The notes under the pieces are model-generated. The model worked only from the letters and a program-made list of their open reading frames with translations, made no database searches and was not told the origin of the DNA. Made by a program: the position numbers and the translations under genes. A stretch of DNA of 63,360 bases, counting the filler, from Octopus bimaculoides (taxonomy: Eukaryota): assembly GCF_001194135.2 (NCBI RefSeq). It is 8 parts of 6 records of this genome, joined end to end, with 100 filler letters (N's around TTAATTAATTAA, not from the genome) between each part and the next. Parts side by side here need not be neighbours in the genome. Positions count along the whole stretch, not along the records: positions 60,233 to 63,360 come from NC_069001.1; 7 more parts are not named here. One strand, 5' to 3'. Positions 61,955 through 63,360 of this stretch are shown in pieces. Positions within the stretch are counted from its first letter, which is position 1. Each line of letters starts with the position of its first letter.

Positions 61955-62379
61955 CATCTGTTTTTCATGCTGGCATGGGTTAGATGGTTTGACATGCCCT
62001 CAAACCAGAGGGAATAGCCAAGTAGGGACAGGTGGCAAAGTTTAAAGAGATCTCTACTTCTGCTGACAACAAAGGGATTTCATCTTTCCATGTTAAGGAA
62101 AGATTGTCCATGTTGCATAAGAGTTAAATTATGGGTACTAAATGCAGAAGACATGGTAAAGAATTAAACGAAATGATACAGACAGGCTCATCTGGATGTG
62201 TAATATTAACCCGCTTACCACATACTTCTGGTCACATATTTATTTAATTACAACAAAATATTTTTTTTTTTTGCATTTTTACAATATTTCATAATTAAAC
62301 TTAAAAACTTAGTACTCATGTTATTTAAATATTCTTGAAACCATGTCAAAGATACAGAAGAAAATATTTTCTCAAATTA

Positions 62380-62730
62380 TGGAAATGTGCCACTGGTAAT
62401 GCATATGGCATCTGTGTGAAGTTTGCGATGAACCACCAGTGGTACATGTGACAGTTAACATGTTAATGTGTATGAATTTGGAAACAGAAATGAACTGAGA
62501 GAAAAAGATTGGGTATACGAGGAAAGTGATGGAGTAGGGAAAAGACAAAACTCTATGAGTACAAAGATGTGATGTGTATGGAAGATAACAGCAGGGTACA
62601 GCAATGCCATGTGACCTAAAACGAAGAAACCTGCAGAAGAGGAACACATGGGAAATGGTGGCGAAGATTGATCTCATGAAGCTGAACTTTGTGAGACAGA
62701 TGACAACAATCCACAATACATGGAAAGATA
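62380..62730 (+). mobile_element. RTE-clade LINE 3' coding fragment, decayed
   Basis: ELREK, DVMCMEDNSRVQQCHV, ETCRRG..WEMVAKIDLMKLN resemble GHVMRMEDNS.VKKC..EGT..RGRP.KTW..VV..DL. Confidence 0.6.
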
Positions 62731-63082
62731 AGACCTATCTGACTCATGTGATCATAGAAAAACCTATGTAACTACAATGACGATGATACACACACACACA
62801 CACACATATATACACACACATCTATATGCATACAAATATTCCTAAATATGACTATAAGTGTGCACGTAGAAAAACAAATCCAAAATTGGCAACGAGAAGG
62901 ATTATTTATATACATACATATCCGTGTATATGTATACATACATACCTATATAAGCAAACATACCCCCACACAACATATAACAATATATATCCATATGTGT
63001 GTGTGTGTGTTGTGTATGCATGTTTACATATGAGTGTGTGAGAGTTGTTTGTACATATATATGTATGTATGTTTTAAGACAC

Positions 63083-63129
<47 letters not shown>

Positions 63130-63360
63130 TTCTTGTAAAGACGATGGTGAATCACAATAAATTAACCTCTTTCTCTTCTTCCTCACATGATAATCCCAAA
63201 TAAGCATAAACCACCATAATAATAATCAAAATGGTGGATATAAACAAAAATAAAATACAATCCAGAAAGAATATCTGCCATATTCTGTAGAGAAATGTCA
63301 TTCACAATGACGAGATTTCATTGCAAGAGTTAGTTCTTTGTGATATCTGCTTTAGTTTAG

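Overview
AT-rich, microsatellite-saturated eukaryotic DNA from a gapped short-read assembly. The SINE families and repeat landscape look like an octopus (coleoid cephalopod) genome; this is inferred from recognition, not from a database search. I found no recognisable host protein-coding exon: the long ORFs in the track are artefacts of N-runs and microsatellites. The window is a graveyard of decayed mobile elements: R4/Dong-clade (RLE) LINE pieces, CR1/L2-group and RTE LINE pieces, Penelope-like elements (PLEs) of two lineages, several mariner/Tc1 remnants, two clean TA-flanked MITEs, Helitron termini and many tRNA-derived SINEs. Seven identical 100-bp spacers (44 N + TTAATTAATTAA + 44 N) are artificial joins, so contiguity across them is not guaranteed. 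The most interesting locus is 29016-30720, an internally deleted Poseidon/Penelope-type PLE. Its direct terminal repeats (pLTRs) combine a tRNA-like Pol III promoter, a (TAA)n spacer and a minimal hammerhead ribozyme, and the 3' hammerhead is apparently intact. A second theme is retroelement 3' ends that sit in specific microsatellites (TAA, TACA, GATA), including a candidate (TACA)n-associated RLE LINE family.
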